In this document: piece after piece, positions 30,716-42,100 of the stretch | Layout of the letters: each line of letters opens with the position of its first letter | Position numbering within the stretch: position 1 is the first letter of the stretch | NCBI GenBank assembly: GCA_039815185.1 | Contig: JBCBZT010000014.1 | Location: forward strand, 32,001-96,000 | Direction: 5' to 3' | Length of the DNA stretch: 64,000 bases | Origin: Cyanobacteria bacterium P01_A01_bin.123 | Lineage (GTDB): Bacteria > Cyanobacteriota > Cyanobacteriia > Phormidesmidales > Phormidesmidaceae | The notes under the pieces: generated by a model | The model's input: the letters and a program-made list of their open reading frames with translations, nothing else | Databases searched by the model: none | Told to the model about the DNA's origin: nothing | Position numbers and translations under genes: made by a program

Positions 30716-32380
30716 TCCCGATCATGGATTCATATTAGACCCGTCTATCCCCGCTTGGGTAAGCTGATACGCCGGTTGGCAGGCCCCGCATTCAGCGGTC
30801 TATCTATTGCAGTTTTAGTATTACCGTCTGCTGCTGCTGAGCGTATCGTTTTCTCCTACGGTTACTTGGAGCGCTTCATTTCCGTTGACGCCTTAGAAAC
30901 CTTTGCGCAAGAAGGCCGAATTGACGATCAGCTAGCCCCCTATATCGGTGAAGCGAGTCCTGAGGAACTCGAAGCCATGCGAGCGGTTTTGCTAAGTCAG
31001 GCGGAGTTAAGCCCTGTCACGCTTTCCCAATTCCTTTATTCCTCCCTAGGGGAAGTCTTGTTGCAATATGCCGGAGAACTGATTCAAACCGATTCGAGAC
31101 TCAACGGATTTTCTGCCCTGCGTGCAGCGGTGGTGCTAGCAGCGGGTGACTCAGATGGATTAACGATACTCAATGTACTCCGCCACTTCCCAACTCGAAC
31201 CGTTCGCATCAACGGGGTGCGAGCGCTGCAAGTGGTCAGTGCGTTTACTCAACTTCTGCAGCAAACTGACCAGATGGTCGCCCTGATTGAGCAGCAGGCA
31301 GGCCGAGAAGTGGCAGCAGCAACCCCCGTTGATTTTGCTCAGCTCCCAGATTTGCAGCAGCCCGGTTCGTTAAGCTGGCAGACAGAAACCTTGCAGCTCT
31401 ATGATGATAGGCGCGATCGCGCCTTTGAGGCAGATCTGTATTCCCCCCATTTGCAGGTCGATGCCCCTGTCCCGGTTATCGTGATCTCCCACGGTCTCGG
31501 TTCAGATCGCATGAGTTTCTCAGATTTAGCTCAACATTTAGCCAGCCATGGTTTTGCAGTCGCGGTGTTAGAGCATCCCGGTAGCAACAATGAGCAGATG
31601 CAAAGTCTGCTCAAAGGCACCGTCAGCGAAATGGTGGAACCTAGCGAGTTTATCGATCGCCCGCAAGATATATCTTTTTTGTTAGATGAGCTGCACCGTC
31701 GCAACCAAACCCGGTCTTCCCAACCCGATCAGTTCGATCTACAGCAAGTCGGTGTGGTGGGACACTCCCTAGGGGGATATGCAGCGCTCGCCCTAGTGGG
31801 TGCTGAACTGGATTTTGAGCGACTTGAATTTGCCTGTACGTTTGAAGGTGGGCTCAACTTAGTCAATTTCTCATTGCCGTTGCAGTGCATTGCCCTTGAG
31901 GGAGAGCATGACGCTTACCCACCCCTCCGGGATGAACGCGTCAAGGCAGTCTTTGCGATGAATCCTACGATTAGCGGTGTATTCAGCCCTAGTGGGCTAG
32001 GGCAAGTTCAGGTGCCGATTATGCTAGTCGCCGGGAGTCATGATCCCGTTGCCCCTGCCCTACTAGAACAGATTCGTCCCTTTAGCTGGCTGACAGGGTT
32101 GGATAACTATCTGGTCTTAATTCAAGGGGGCACCCACATCTATTCTGTTGCCGATACATCAATCGATGGGGCGTTGTCACTGCCTGCTGAGTTAGCTGGG
32201 CCGGATCCGGCCCTTGCCCGTCAGTATCTGAAGGCAAGCAGTCTAGCGTTTATGAAAACCTATGTTGCAGATCAAGATGACTATCAGGTTTACCTGAGCT
32301 CCGCCTATACCCAAGCCATCAGCCAGCCGCCGCTCAAACTCGAGTTGGTCAGCACCCTCCCACTCGCCGACAACTATTGA
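30710..32380 (+). CDS. DUF1400 alpha/beta hydrolase
   Basis: AAAERIVFSYG, VISHGLGS, HPGS, RPQDISFLLD, GHSLGG. ATG 30710 is supported by alignment of the duplicated leader. Confidence 0.9.
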   Translation: MKSRSWIHIRPVYPRLGKLIRRLAGPAFSGLSIAVLVLPSAAAERIVFSYGYLERFISVDALETFAQEGRIDDQLAPYIGEASPEELEAMRAVLLSQAELSPVTLSQFLYSSLGEVLLQYAGELIQTDSRLNGFSALRAAVVLAAGDSDGLTILNVLRHFPTRTVRINGVRALQVVSAFTQLLQQTDQMVALIEQQAGREVAAATPVDFAQLPDLQQPGSLSWQTETLQLYDDRRDRAFEADLYSPHLQVDAPVPVIVISHGLGSDRMSFSDLAQHLASHGFAVAVLEHPGSNNEQMQSLLKGTVSEMVEPSEFIDRPQDISFLLDELHRRNQTRSSQPDQFDLQQVGVVGHSLGGYAALALVGAELDFERLEFACTFEGGLNLVNFSLPLQCIALEGEHDAYPPLRDERVKAVFAMNPTISGVFSPSGLGQVQVPIMLVAGSHDPVAPALLEQIRPFSWLTGLDNYLVLIQGGTHIYSVADTSIDGALSLPAELAGPDPALARQYLKASSLAFMKTYVADQDDYQVYLSSAYTQAISQPPLKLELVSTLPLADNY

Positions 32381-32574
32381 ACGGCATAGCTGATTAACGG
32401 CGTAACTGAGCTCAAGGGGTCACAATCTGGGTGAAGCAGTCGATTGTCCCGCTGACTCAAACATTCTAGCCATGTCTCTATCAGGGATTTGGGGACTAAC
32501 ATTCCGCGACCCGTGAGACAATCGACTGCCTTATTACCCTAAACATCTCGGCTGTCTCTTGACCAGGGACTTCC

Positions 32575-32721
32575 GTCACGAAAACGCTGCTGTCGCTAGT
32601 CCCAAAGTCCTATAGAGAATCGATCTTCAGATGCGTCGCTTTTAGTCAGTGAGCCTCATGTCAATGGCTAACTAGAGTGCTTACGATGAAGACTGAGTTT
32701 GTTGCAAACACAACTATGAAA
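32575..32721 (+). promoter_or_regulatory. Duplicated promoter/5' leader, copy B
   Basis: See copy A; also contains the inverted repeat GGGACT...AGTCCC. Confidence 0.8.
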
Positions 32722-34056
32722 GCTCAATTGTGGACTCGAATTAAACCCATTCCTGTTTGGGTGGGCGGCATTGCGGCGGCGGTTGTCGTAGGTGGACTCG
32801 TCATGGTCTATTTCCAGCAACGCCAGGGAGCAGCAAGTCTCTCATCTAATCAACAGACCATTCTGGTCGAGCGTCAAAACCTGACTCCCCAAATTCAGGC
32901 CAGCGGTGTAGTTCAAGCAGAAAGCACGATCAACGTCAGCCCTGAAGACTCGGGCAAAATCGCAGAATTGTTTATTCAAGAAGGCGATGTTGTGGCTGAG
33001 GGACAGATTATCGCCCGGATGACCAGCCGTCGCCGTCAGGCTGATGTGGCTCAAAATCAGGCGGCTTTGGCTAAAGCTCAGGCAGCCCTGGCTCAAAGTC
33101 GAGCCGGTGCTCGTTCAGAAGATATCGCTGAAGCCCAAGCCCGAGTGGCGACAGCGCAAGCCTCATTAGAGGCAACTCGGGCCAAACTTCAGCAGGCACG
33201 TCAAGAGCTTACTCGGTTTCAACAACTCGCTGACCAAGGGGCTGTATCGGCTAATGAATTGGGAACTTACATCACGACTGAGCAAGAAATGAGTGCCAAT
33301 TTGGTTGCTGACCAGCAGCGGCTTGCCGAAGTTCAAGCGTCGCTGGCGGAGCTGCGTAACGGCACCCGTCCGGAAGAGATTCGCCAAGCCGAAGCCGACG
33401 TCGCTCAGGCCGAAGCTCAGCTAGCCGCAGTTCAAGTACAGCTTGAGGAAACGGTTGTACGGGCTCCTTTCGACGGCGTGATTACCCGCCGATTTGCCGA
33501 TACCGGCGATTTTGTCACCCCAACCACGGCAGCCTCGTCTGATGATGGGGCAACGTCGAGTTCGATCGCCGAGCTCTCTAGCGGCCTCGAAATTGAAGCC
33601 AAGGTGCCTGAAGCCAATATTGCTAAGCTGGCGGTGGGTCAACCCGCTGAGATTCGCAGTAATGCTTATCCCGATCAGGTGTTTACCGGGGAAATTACGC
33701 TGATCGCACCGCGAGCGATTCAAGAGGACAATATCACCGTCTTTCGGATCAAAGTTGCGGTTGAAAATGGCCAAGCTGAGCTGAGGTCTGGCATGAATGT
33801 CCGGATCACATTTTTAGGTAGCCCCGTCAATGATGCAGTGGTAATTCCGCTGGCGGCGGTGGTGACCCAAGACGATGGTGAAACTGGGGTTTACCTCGAA
33901 AGTGAAACCGCCAAGCCGACCTTTCAGCCCATTCAAATTGGATTGACGACAGGGACACAGGTTGAGGTCGTGGAGGGGCTCAATCCAGGCGATCGCATTT
34001 TGATTGAACCCCCGTCAGATCTTGTGATTGAGGGCGTTGACAACGTTGGATTCTAA
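32716..34056 (+). CDS. Efflux membrane fusion protein (MacA/HlyD-like)
   Basis: N-terminal TM, lipoyl-like motif GKIAELFIQEGDVV, long coiled coil, VRAPFDGVI, LRSGMNV. Confidence 0.92.
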   Translation: MKAQLWTRIKPIPVWVGGIAAAVVVGGLVMVYFQQRQGAASLSSNQQTILVERQNLTPQIQASGVVQAESTINVSPEDSGKIAELFIQEGDVVAEGQIIARMTSRRRQADVAQNQAALAKAQAALAQSRAGARSEDIAEAQARVATAQASLEATRAKLQQARQELTRFQQLADQGAVSANELGTYITTEQEMSANLVADQQRLAEVQASLAELRNGTRPEEIRQAEADVAQAEAQLAAVQVQLEETVVRAPFDGVITRRFADTGDFVTPTTAASSDDGATSSSIAELSSGLEIEAKVPEANIAKLAVGQPAEIRSNAYPDQVFTGEITLIAPRAIQEDNITVFRIKVAVENGQAELRSGMNVRITFLGSPVNDAVVIPLAAVVTQDDGETGVYLESETAKPTFQPIQIGLTTGTQVEVVEGLNPGDRILIEPPSDLVIEGVDNVGF

Positions 34057-34105
34057 TCACCCCAAATTCTAGTCACCCTAGATTTTAACCCGTTGGATTT
34101 TAATC

Positions 34106-35308
34106 ATGAACGTGACCGAAAACTTGCAGATGGCGGTCAAAACCCTGAGCGCCAATCGACTCAGAAGTCTATTAACCATGCTGGGGATTATCATCGGCAA
34201 CGCGTCGGTGATTTCGATGGTGGCGATTGGGCAAGGGGCGCAAGAGTTTACCCAAGAACGGTTGGAGTCTTTTGGCCCGAATCAGCTGACAATCTATGCG
34301 GGTGGCCCTAGTGAATTTGGGGCCTTAGAAGATAGGGCTGAGATTACCTTGGCCGATGTCGATGCGATCGCGCAGCAGGCTACTGCCGTTCAAGAAATCG
34401 CACCCCAAATTTCATCCCAACAACAATTCACCTACGGCTCCCGTTCTCGCCAAAGTAACGTGATTGGGTCTACCCCCGGTATTCTCTATGTGCGGAGCTT
34501 GCAAATTGGGGAAGGCCGATTTTTGAACTCGACGGATATCGAACAAAGTGCCCAAGTGATTGTGCTGGGTTCAGCCCTGGCCCGGCGGCTGTTTATGGAG
34601 CAGTCTCCCCTGGGCAAAACAGTACAGGTGGGGAATTTCAACTTCCAGGTGGTCGGGGTGATGGCGGATAAAGGCAGTTTGTTTGGCATCAACTATGATG
34701 AAACAGCCTATGTGCCGATCACCACAATGGCTCATCAAATCTCGGGGCGGCGATCGCCCAATGGTATCCCCGTCGACTACCTTGAAATCTCCGCCAGAGA
34801 CCCAGACAGTATTCGGATAGCTGCGTTTCAGATTGGCAATGTGTTGACCCGCCGCCACGGTAAACGCGATTTTTCGATCTTTGCGAATAAGTCGTTTCAA
34901 GATTTGGTGGCCCAAATTACGGGGGGCCTCAGTTTGGTTCTAGCCGCGATCGCAGGCATTTCTTTACTCGTCGGTGGCATTGGGGTCATGAACATTATGC
35001 TGGTGTCAGTCACTGAACGTACCCACGAAATTGGCCTCCGCAAAGCCATTGGCGCAACCCAACGGGCGATTTTGACTCAATTTTTGATTGAGGCCGTCAT
35101 CCTATCGGTTGCCGGGGGCCTGATTGGGATTGGCGTGGGCAGCGGGGGAGCGTTTCTGGTCGGGCTGTTTAGCCCCGTAAAACCTGGCGTATCGGTCAAT
35201 GCCGTCGTTTTGGCGACAGGCGTTTCAGGCACTATTGGCCTGATTTTTGGCGTGATTCCGGCGCGGCAGGCGGCTAAGTTAGATCCGATTGTTGCGTTGA
35301 GAAGTTAG
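34106..35308 (+). CDS. MacB/FtsX-like ABC permease
   Basis: RSLLTMLGIIIG, GGIGVMNIMLVSVTERTHEIGLRKAIGA, PARQAAKLDP. Confidence 0.94.
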   Translation: MNVTENLQMAVKTLSANRLRSLLTMLGIIIGNASVISMVAIGQGAQEFTQERLESFGPNQLTIYAGGPSEFGALEDRAEITLADVDAIAQQATAVQEIAPQISSQQQFTYGSRSRQSNVIGSTPGILYVRSLQIGEGRFLNSTDIEQSAQVIVLGSALARRLFMEQSPLGKTVQVGNFNFQVVGVMADKGSLFGINYDETAYVPITTMAHQISGRRSPNGIPVDYLEISARDPDSIRIAAFQIGNVLTRRHGKRDFSIFANKSFQDLVAQITGGLSLVLAAIAGISLLVGGIGVMNIMLVSVTERTHEIGLRKAIGATQRAILTQFLIEAVILSVAGGLIGIGVGSGGAFLVGLFSPVKPGVSVNAVVLATGVSGTIGLIFGVIPARQAAKLDPIVALRS

Positions 35309-35324
35309 TCAATAGACGTTCATC

Positions 35325-36035
35325 ATGGCCCTGATTCAAATTTCCCAAATCACCAAAACCTACGGGGTCGGCAATCTCCGAGTGGATGCCTTGGCAGGCG
35401 TGAGTTTTACCGTTGAATCCGGTGATTACTGCGCCATTATGGGGGCATCAGGTTCGGGTAAATCGACCCTGATGAACATTGTCGGCTGTCTCGATCGCCC
35501 CTCTACGGGTCACTATCGCCTGGATGATGTGGATGTAGATCAGCTCCGTGATGACGAGTTGGCCCATATTCGGAATCGTAAGATTGGCTTTGTGTTTCAG
35601 CAGTTTCACCTGTTGCCTCAGCTGACGGCCTTAGAAAATGTGATGCTGCCCATGGTTTATGCCGGGGTGCCACAACAGGATCGCCATCAGCGGGCAGAAC
35701 ATGCCTTAGAGCAGGTCGGGTTGGGGCAGCGACTGCATAATCGCCCTAACCAGTTGTCGGGGGGGCAACAGCAGCGGGTCGCGATCGCCCGCGCAATTGT
35801 CAACCAACCCGTTTTGCTATTGGCCGACGAACCCACCGGAGCTTTAGATTCTCAAACCACCGAAGAGATTCTAGAAATTTTCGGCAGCCTTAACGCCAGC
35901 GGCATGACCGTAGTCATGGTCACCCACGAAACTGCGGTGGCGCGCAACACGCGCCGCGTAATCTGGTTCAGAGATGGCAAGGTGCTGCATCATTCGCTTG
36001 CCCCTGATGAGTTAAGCAATGGGGTTATGAGCTAA
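35325..36035 (+). CDS. ABC ATP-binding protein (LolD/MacB-like)
   Basis: [43 protein letters not shown]. Confidence 0.95.
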   Translation: MALIQISQITKTYGVGNLRVDALAGVSFTVESGDYCAIMGASGSGKSTLMNIVGCLDRPSTGHYRLDDVDVDQLRDDELAHIRNRKIGFVFQQFHLLPQLTALENVMLPMVYAGVPQQDRHQRAEHALEQVGLGQRLHNRPNQLSGGQQQRVAIARAIVNQPVLLLADEPTGALDSQTTEEILEIFGSLNASGMTVVMVTHETAVARNTRRVIWFRDGKVLHHSLAPDELSNGVMS

Positions 36036-36102
36036 GCACCATCTCCCGGAGTCTGGCGGCCTGCAGCAATAACAGACTCACCTGCTCAACAAAACAGGAG
36101 TT

Positions 36103-37212
36103 ATGAACAAGTTCCTATACATTCTTCTATTTCTTTCAGCCATTTTTGTCTCTGTGATGGTATACAAACTATCTGGGGTAGAGCACGTTTCCCCCAATTC
36201 TCTGCCATCTGGGGCCAACCTTGACGATGTTCGAACAGCAGTCGTGACTGAGATTCGTCAAGAACTTGACTATCAAGAGAATGCAGGCATGAGTGGGGTC
36301 GTCCGTCTCCAATGGGGTGACACCGTTCTCATCCATGAAGCTTATGGTTGGCAAGATCGCGAGGCTGAACAAGCAATGACTCTTGAGGTTGGGTTTGATA
36401 TTGGATCCATCGTCAAACTGATGACGGCCGCAACAGTTCTTAAACTAGCGGAGAATGGCCGATTGCAAACAGCTGATACAATCGGCCAGTTCTTTCCAGA
36501 TGCGCCTTCTACAATACGAGCCATTGCCCTTGATCAACTCCTGGTACACACGTCTGGTCTACCAGAATACCTGGGTGATGACTACGAGTTGCTCAATCAC
36601 GAAGCGGCACTCGATCGTATTTTTGCGGCTCGATTACGGTTTGCGCCAGGAACCCGTGAGGCTTACTCGAATACAGGCTACACGCTACTAGCCCTAGTCA
36701 TAGAAGTAGCTTCGGGGTTACCCTATGAGCAAGCTGTGCGTGAAGCAGTCCTGATTCCGGCAGGCACACCAAGCATCGGATATCGTCTTGCAGACTGGGC
36801 TCAAGATGACCTGGCAGTCGGATACCGGGATCAACAACGATGGGGCAAACCGCTTGACCATGCTTGGCTAGACGACGGCCCCTCATGGACTCTGCGTGGC
36901 AATGGTGGAATGCTTGCGACAGCAGATGACCTAGCCCGATGGTTTGAGGCAGTATTCACGGGAAAAATTCTTGGCCGTGAAGCGCTTAGCCGATTTCTCG
37001 ATCTCTTCGGTATTAGCCCCGATGATTATGGTTTGCGAATTGGTGAGGCGGGCGGTAACGATATTTTCAATGTGCTGTATGAGGGTTGGATTGATCTTGG
37101 GGTCAACCTCACATTTTTGACCAGCGTATCGTCACATAGTGCAGAGCAGGTCTGGAATGAAATCCGCGACGAAGTTTACAAACTTGCTCAAGCCGCTGCA
37201 ATCGAGTCATAG
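36103..37212 (+). CDS. Serine hydrolase, beta-lactamase class C-like
   Basis: SxxK in FDIGSIVK, LLVHTSGL, YSNTGY; N-terminal hydrophobic anchor; AGGAG RBS. Confidence 0.9.
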   Translation: MNKFLYILLFLSAIFVSVMVYKLSGVEHVSPNSLPSGANLDDVRTAVVTEIRQELDYQENAGMSGVVRLQWGDTVLIHEAYGWQDREAEQAMTLEVGFDIGSIVKLMTAATVLKLAENGRLQTADTIGQFFPDAPSTIRAIALDQLLVHTSGLPEYLGDDYELLNHEAALDRIFAARLRFAPGTREAYSNTGYTLLALVIEVASGLPYEQAVREAVLIPAGTPSIGYRLADWAQDDLAVGYRDQQRWGKPLDHAWLDDGPSWTLRGNGGMLATADDLARWFEAVFTGKILGREALSRFLDLFGISPDDYGLRIGEAGGNDIFNVLYEGWIDLGVNLTFLTSVSSHSAEQVWNEIRDEVYKLAQAAAIES

Positions 37213-37249
37213 CGCTTAACAAGTTCATTCAATTCCACAAAGGTATCCT

Positions 37250-38872
37250 ATGGGCATTATCTGGCTGCTGATCAAAGCCTCTTGGGTCAACGTCGTTATG
37301 GCGATCGCGGCGGGCATCATCAGCGGTGGGTGCAGTGCGCGGCTGATTGCGTTAATCAACACCGCCATCGATCAAAACTCTCCCCAGTCATTAATCGTTC
37401 CCTTTGCTGGACTCGCTTTGCTGTCGCTGCTCACAGGCAGCCTGTCCCAGTTTTTGCTGATCGACCTAGCCCAAGATTCGGTTTATCAACTGCGCTTGCG
37501 ACTGAGTCAACGGATTTTGTCTGCCCCCCTGCCGCAGTTAGAAACGGTTGGGCCCAGTCAGCTTTTGGCCGTTCTGACCAAAGATGTGCAGGCTATCTCA
37601 GATACGGTGTTTGTGATTCCCTTTCTTTGCATCGACATTGCCGTCATTGGCGGATGTTTGATTTATCTGGGTTGGCTGTCAGGTTGGGTATTTCTGGCGG
37701 TGCTGGTGTTTTTGATGATCGCGATCGCGCTGGTACAAATCCTGATTAGCTATGCCTATCGTTATCTCGGTCGCGCCCGTCAAGAAGTAGACCGTTTATT
37801 CAAGCACTTTCGCAGCATTACCGACGGCATCAAAGAACTCAAACTGCATTCAATCCGACGACAAACCTTTTTTGAAACTGACCTCACCGTCAGCGCCGCG
37901 GCCTCTCGCAACTATCAAAAGACGGCATTCAAGCTGGCGGCGCTGGCAACGGGCGGCGGCGAACTATTGTATTTTGTGCTGATTGGGCTTTTGCTGTTCG
38001 GGGTGCCCCAAGTTATTCCTACGGCTGAGGCCAGCTTACCCGCCTATATTCTGACACTCACCTACCTATTGGGGCCGTTAGAAAAACTGATTCAGCAGCT
38101 CCCCAACCTAGCCAATGCCAACGTTTCAATTCAAAAAGTCAACAAAATGGGGTTGACCCTGGCTGAAAATGCCGAAATTGATACGGTGGTCAAACAGCCA
38201 ACCCAACCCAACTGGCAAACCCTTGAACTCCATCAAGTGGTGCACACCTACCCCAGCGAGGAGACAGAGCACCCGTTTGCCGTCGGGCCAATCGACCTCA
38301 CGCTGAGGGCAGGAGAGCTCGTTTTTCTGGTGGGGGGCAACGGCAGCGGCAAATCGACGCTGGCAAAGTTAATCACGGGGCTATACGCACCCGATTCAGG
38401 GGAATTGCGGTTGGATGGTGTGCCGATCGCAGACACTAACCGCGAGTGGTATCGGCAAAACTTTTCAGCTATTTTTTCAGATTTTTATCTGTTTGAACGA
38501 CTAATCAGCACCGAATCGCTAACGCTTGACGCCCAGGCTCAGGCATACCTCAAGACCCTAGAACTCGATCAAAAAGTCGCCGTCCAAGACGGGCAGCTTT
38601 CGACCACGGCCCTGTCCCAAGGGCAACGTAAACGACTGGCACTGTTAGCAGCCTATTTAGAAGATCGCTCGATTTATCTCTTTGACGAATGGGCCGCTGA
38701 CCAAGATCCTGTCTTTCGAGAGATTTTTTACACGCAGCTCCTGGCAGAACTCAAACAGCGGGGCAAAACGGTGCTGGTGATTAGCCACGATGACCATTAC
38801 TTCCACCTGGCTGACCGCATCATCAAGCTAGACTACGGCCACATTGAGTCTGACCAGACGGTTGCTGTTTGA
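37250..38872 (+). CDS. Cyclic peptide export ABC transporter (SyrD/PvdE/YojI-like)
   Basis: DGIKELKL, GGNGSGKST, FSAIFSDFYLF, LSQGQRKRLAL, FDEWAADQDP, ISHDDHYF. Confidence 0.93.
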   Translation: MGIIWLLIKASWVNVVMAIAAGIISGGCSARLIALINTAIDQNSPQSLIVPFAGLALLSLLTGSLSQFLLIDLAQDSVYQLRLRLSQRILSAPLPQLETVGPSQLLAVLTKDVQAISDTVFVIPFLCIDIAVIGGCLIYLGWLSGWVFLAVLVFLMIAIALVQILISYAYRYLGRARQEVDRLFKHFRSITDGIKELKLHSIRRQTFFETDLTVSAAASRNYQKTAFKLAALATGGGELLYFVLIGLLLFGVPQVIPTAEASLPAYILTLTYLLGPLEKLIQQLPNLANANVSIQKVNKMGLTLAENAEIDTVVKQPTQPNWQTLELHQVVHTYPSEETEHPFAVGPIDLTLRAGELVFLVGGNGSGKSTLAKLITGLYAPDSGELRLDGVPIADTNREWYRQNFSAIFSDFYLFERLISTESLTLDAQAQAYLKTLELDQKVAVQDGQLSTTALSQGQRKRLALLAAYLEDRSIYLFDEWAADQDPVFREIFYTQLLAELKQRGKTVLVISHDDHYFHLADRIIKLDYGHIESDQTVAV

Positions 38873-39134
38873 TGATGAGGGTCTCAGGGAAACCTAAATC
38901 CTGAAACCCTCATCTCACAAAATGGAACAATGAGTCCAGCATTTTTAAAGACTAGCGAACCACAATCTTAGGAGAGGGGTTGGGATTGTCATAGCTTTTC
39001 CTCCCCTTTAAAGATGGTGTATTTTATGGTCTTTGATGGATACTTAAAGCTAATGGAAAAGTTCGCCCAGTTCCAGTTAACTGGGACAACAATGGGTGGG
39101 CTAGCTCCTCAAGCCTGGGTCTATAGTCTTAACG

Positions 39135-42100
39135 ATGGAAACTGATACGAACCCTGTTCCTTCTATTCCTGGCTACGTTATCGTTGAGCAACTTTCCAAG
39201 GGATCTAGGGCTGAGGTATACCGAGCATTACAACAAGGGCAGCAGCCAGTGGTGATTAAAGTGCTGCGCCATGAGCACCCTAGCTTTGAAGAACTGGTGC
39301 AGTTTCGCAATCAGTATGCGATCGCCCGTCGCCTAAATCACCCCAAAATTGCCTGCCCCCTGGCGCTAGAACGCTGCGGCAATGGGTATGCCCTAGTGAT
39401 GCCTGATGAGGGGTTTATTGCGCTGCCGGTGTACTGGCAGCAACACGATAGGCCAGGTTGTGATGTCTCTGGGGGGCTGGCGATCGCCAGTCAACTGGCC
39501 GGAGCCTTACACTACCTCACCGAGCAACGCATTCTCCATAAAGACATCAAACCGGATAACATCTTGATCCACCCAGAAACTGGGCAAATCAAACTTATTG
39601 ACTTCAGCTTGGCTAGCCTGCTGCCTGAAGAGCGCCAGCAATTCCCCAACCCCAACCTGCTTGAAGGCACCCTCGCCTATATTTCTCCGGAACAGACCGG
39701 GCGGATGAACCGGGGCATTGACTATCGTACGGATTTCTACTCCCTCGGGGTCACGATGTTTGAGCTGCTGGTGGGAGAACTCCCTTTTCAGACAGCTGAT
39801 CCCATGGGATTGGTGCATTGCCACATCGCTCGTCCCGTCCAGTTTTCTGAGACGAGCCAGCAATTGATTCCAGAGAGGGTGCGGGCAATCATCTTGAAAC
39901 TGATGGCTAAAAATGCTGAAGACCGCTATCAAAGTGCGTTGGGGCTTAAGCACGATTTAGACATCTGCCTGCAACAGTGGGACGCAACCGGAGACATTAC
40001 TGCGTTTGAGTTGGGTGAGCGGGATACCCGCGATCGCTTCCTGATTCCGGCAAGACTCTATGGCCGGGAAAAAGAAGTACAGCTTCTACTAGATGCCTTT
40101 GAGCGGGTAGCTGGGAATCAGGCGTCAAGCGAACTGATGCTAGTAGCAGGCTTTTCAGGGATCGGTAAAACTGCTGTTATCAATAAAATCCACAAACCCA
40201 TTACCTGTCAGAATGGCTATTTCATCAAGGGCAAATTTGACCAGTTCAACCGCAATATTCCCCTCTTGGCGTTTGTCCAAGCGCTGCAAGATTTAATCGG
40301 TCAGCTGCTGTCAAACTCGGATGCACAGTTGACTCAGTGGCGTACTCAGATTCTTGATGCGGTTGGCGAAAATGGTCAAGTTTTGATTGAGTTGATACCA
40401 GAACTGCACCAAGTCATTGGCCAACAACCTGCTGCACCGGAACTGTCGGGGACGGCAGCGCAGAACCGATTTAACTGGCTGTTTCAAAAACTGATTGCGG
40501 TATTTGCAACCGCTGAACAGCCGCTGGTGATGTTTTTAGACGACTTGCATTGGGCCGACTCAGCTTCGCTGAAACTCATCAAGGTACTGATGGATAACGA
40601 GAGCTGTTTACTCTTATTGGGGGCTTATCGAGATCATGAGGTTTCCCTGGCCCACCCATTGCGTTTGACGACAGCAGCGTTGATGGAAAACGGTAAGACT
40701 GTTAATACCATTGCCCTTGCCCCCCTTACCCTGCGAGACACAAACCAGTTTGTTGCGGATACATTAGGCTGCTCAACTCAGCGATCGCGCCTCCTTGCTG
40801 AACTGCTCAATCGAAAGACTCAAGGAAACCCCTTCTTCATTAGCCGATTTCTCAAGGCATTACACGAAGATGGATACATCCAGTTCGATCGGCACCAAGG
40901 CCATTGGGACTGTGATGTTACCCAGATTAATGCGCCATATCTGACCGATGATATTTTGGAATTTATGACGCAGCAATTACACAGATTGCCCCTCAAAACG
41001 CAGCAGGTACTCAAGTTAGCCGCTTGTCTCGGGAATCAATTCGATTTGGCAACCTTATCGTTGATTTCTGAGCAATCACAAACAGACACGGCTGCTGCCT
41101 TATGGAAAGCGCGACAAGAAGGACTGATTTTGCCCGTCAATGAAATCTATAAATTCTTCCAGAATACCGATACCCAAACGCCACCTCAAGCAGTTGCAGT
41201 CTCCTATAGATTTCTGCATGATCAGATACAGCAAGCCGCTTATGCCTTGATTCCTGAAGTTGATAAATCATCAACTCACCTTAAGATTGGGCGGCTGATC
41301 ATCGACCAGATTTCTGAGTCTGAATTAGAGCCGCGCTTGTTTGATATTGCTAACAACATCAGCCTAGGCAAAGCGTTAATTAATCACCCTATTGAGCAAT
41401 ATCGTTTTGGTCGGCTTCTGCTAAGAGCGGCTTGCAAAGCTAAGGCGGCAACTGCTTATAACGCTGCTGCTCAATACTGCCAAACCGGAATTACAATCCT
41501 CGGTCAACAAGCATGGCAGAATCGGCAGACTTTGATGCGTGAGTTCTATGAAGTCGGTGCGGAAGTTACTTATTTAAATAGTGATTTTAAACGATCTGAA
41601 GCCTTCACAGATATCGCGTTGGAGAGAGCTAATAGTGTCTTGGAGACAATTAAGAGTTACGAAATTAAAATTCTGGCTTATATTATCCAAAATAAAACAC
41701 TAGAGGGGTTGAAAATAGGGTTCAAAATTTTATCTGAACTCGGAATAACCTTTCCATCAAACCCTGACTCTATTTCAATCTTGTCAGGATTTTTTAAAAC
41801 AAAACTTTTACTATGGGGTCATTCTATTAAATCTATAGAGGGTTCTTCTATCATGAAGAATCCTCTGGCAAAAGCAAGGAGTGCTGTCATCAAGGCTATA
41901 CTCCCTGCTGCTTACATTAGCGCCCCAAACCTTTATCCTCTACTCATATTCAAGCAAATTGAGCTGCTCTTAAAATACGGCAATAATGATGCAGCACCCT
42001 CAGCTTATTGCTCATATGGCGTGATTTTGAGCAATTTCTTGGGTGATATTGAGACGGGCTATAAATTTGGTGAACTTGCCCTCAGGCTAATGTCAGATTC

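Noticed and set aside
34050..34105. Degenerate 15-16-bp repeats (ATTCTAATCACCCCAA-like) between efflux genes
   Set aside because: Poorly conserved slippage repeats with no evident function.
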